A DNA stretch of 62,860 nt, the filler included, from Trypethelium eluteriae (lineage: Eukaryota), in assembly GCA_051942245.1 (NCBI GenBank). It is 3 parts of 3 records of this genome, joined end to end, with 100 filler letters (N's around TTAATTAATTAA, not from the genome) between each part and the next. Parts side by side here need not be neighbours in the genome. Positions count along the whole stretch, not along the records: positions 41,987 to 62,860 come from JAVECL010000486.1; 2 more parts are not named here. One strand, written 5' to 3'. A program made the translations under genes and the position numbers. Numbering within the stretch: position 1 is the stretch's first letter; each line of letters starts with the position of its first letter. This document shows positions 61,640-62,860 of the stretch, in pieces. The notes beneath the pieces were generated by a model. It did no database searches and was not told the origin of the DNA. It saw only the letters and a program-made list of their open reading frames with translations.

Positions 61640-62860
61640 TGAGCCCATGAGAACACTCCCTCCATTGACGAGGGATTGCGGTTGCGGATATGTAATGGCT
61701 CGCATTTCTCCTTTCCCAGCTGCAGCAAGCGAGCTGCAGACTCTCGGATCGCTTGAGGTATCCCTTGACCTATTTCTCAATGAAGTTTTCTGTACGTTCG
61801 CGATTACAGGAGCAGCATCTGGCGCGTGATGGAGGATGGAATACGTCCTAAACCTCACACTTCTTGCATATCCAAGGAGTTGGGACCAGCAAACAAATGG
61901 CAGGCACTTCTTAATCATGGTAGATTTACATATCGTGCCACAATCACATACTTAAATATTCAATATAAATAGCCTGTTACTGGAATCTAGATTATAGGTA
62001 GTCGACATTTGGCAAGCGTCCCTGATGTATACTCAGTGCCTACAAATCTGGGAAGCCTGGCCATTTCTAGGGACATAGTCGCCATAGTTTTGTCTTGATA
62101 AGCTACCAATATCATCCAACCCTTGTCTAATAGATACCCCAATTGGCCACCGCAGACCACTAACACTCGGTTCTTCCATTCCCCTCGAATTGCAAACTTG
62201 GGAGGCTCGATAGAGCTGTTCATTTGATCTGAGGGTATACTCGTTATTCCTCACGATGTCGGCGTCTTTGCCTGGTAATCGTGACCTGCCTGCTTCTCAA
62301 TATAACCTGAGCACGTACCTGGGTCGCGTCAGGCATGCCGCAGATATTTCAGATCCGAGGTGAGACTATACATGCAATGCTTCGAGTGCGAATCTGCCTG
62401 AAGCGCGGTGAGTATTCATTACCACTGTCGCGAAACTTCTTAATTGGGGAGAGCTAGGACTTTTGGGTGAACTTATCATTTGGGAGCCATCTTTTTCTGC
62501 TTTCCTTGAAACGCGCTGATTCAATCTGAGCACTACAGAACGCTCTTTGTATCTAGCTCAGGCCTTGAAAATGCCAAAAGGCTCGTCTCAGAATTCAAAC
62601 AAGGAAAGATTCAAAATATGAACCCAGATCTATGGCGTGCGAAAAAAATTGTAGATTCTACACTGCATCCTGGTAAAATTACTCATCCCTTTATCCTAGC
62701 CATCCACTGATGAAGAGCTCCAGATACCGGACAGCCCGTGTTTTTACCATGGCGTATGTCATGCTTCGTTCTTACGAACCTCGTCGTCACTGCCGGCATG
62801 CTCACTCCCAACCTATCTGTAAGTCCCATGCCCAATTCCAGTTTCTTCCCCCCCCCGAAA

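Overview
Intron-containing genomic DNA from a filamentous ascomycete (Pezizomycotina). It has two 100-nt assembly gaps, each carrying an artificial TTAATTAATTAA linker. Most of the window is conserved housekeeping genes: NSP1, a LAA2/DUF5102-like gene, group III histidine kinase NIK1, a ULS1-like SNF2-RING helicase, deoxyribose-phosphate aldolase, a fasciclin protein, partial LCB1, FKS1 divergent from a GH72 GEL/GAS gene, a WSC protein, cmkB, cofactor-independent phosphoglycerate mutase, cytosolic HSP70, SepB/CTF4 and CHZ1. Between HSP70 and SepB is an accessory island of about 12 kb. It encodes a caspase-like protease fused to a pseudokinase, a divergent 106-aa SH3-like micro-protein that the ORF track does not assemble, a DUF6594-type membrane protein whose CDS overlaps the end of a kinase-Sel1-ankyrin gene, an APH-type phosphotransferase, and a TA-flanked foldback MITE. 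The first four genes look like a self-contained innate-immunity or regulated-cell-death module; this is inference. A recurring C-rich to G-rich strand-skew flip also occurs at several sites, including both gaps. All family assignments are from motif recognition by eye; no database search was run.
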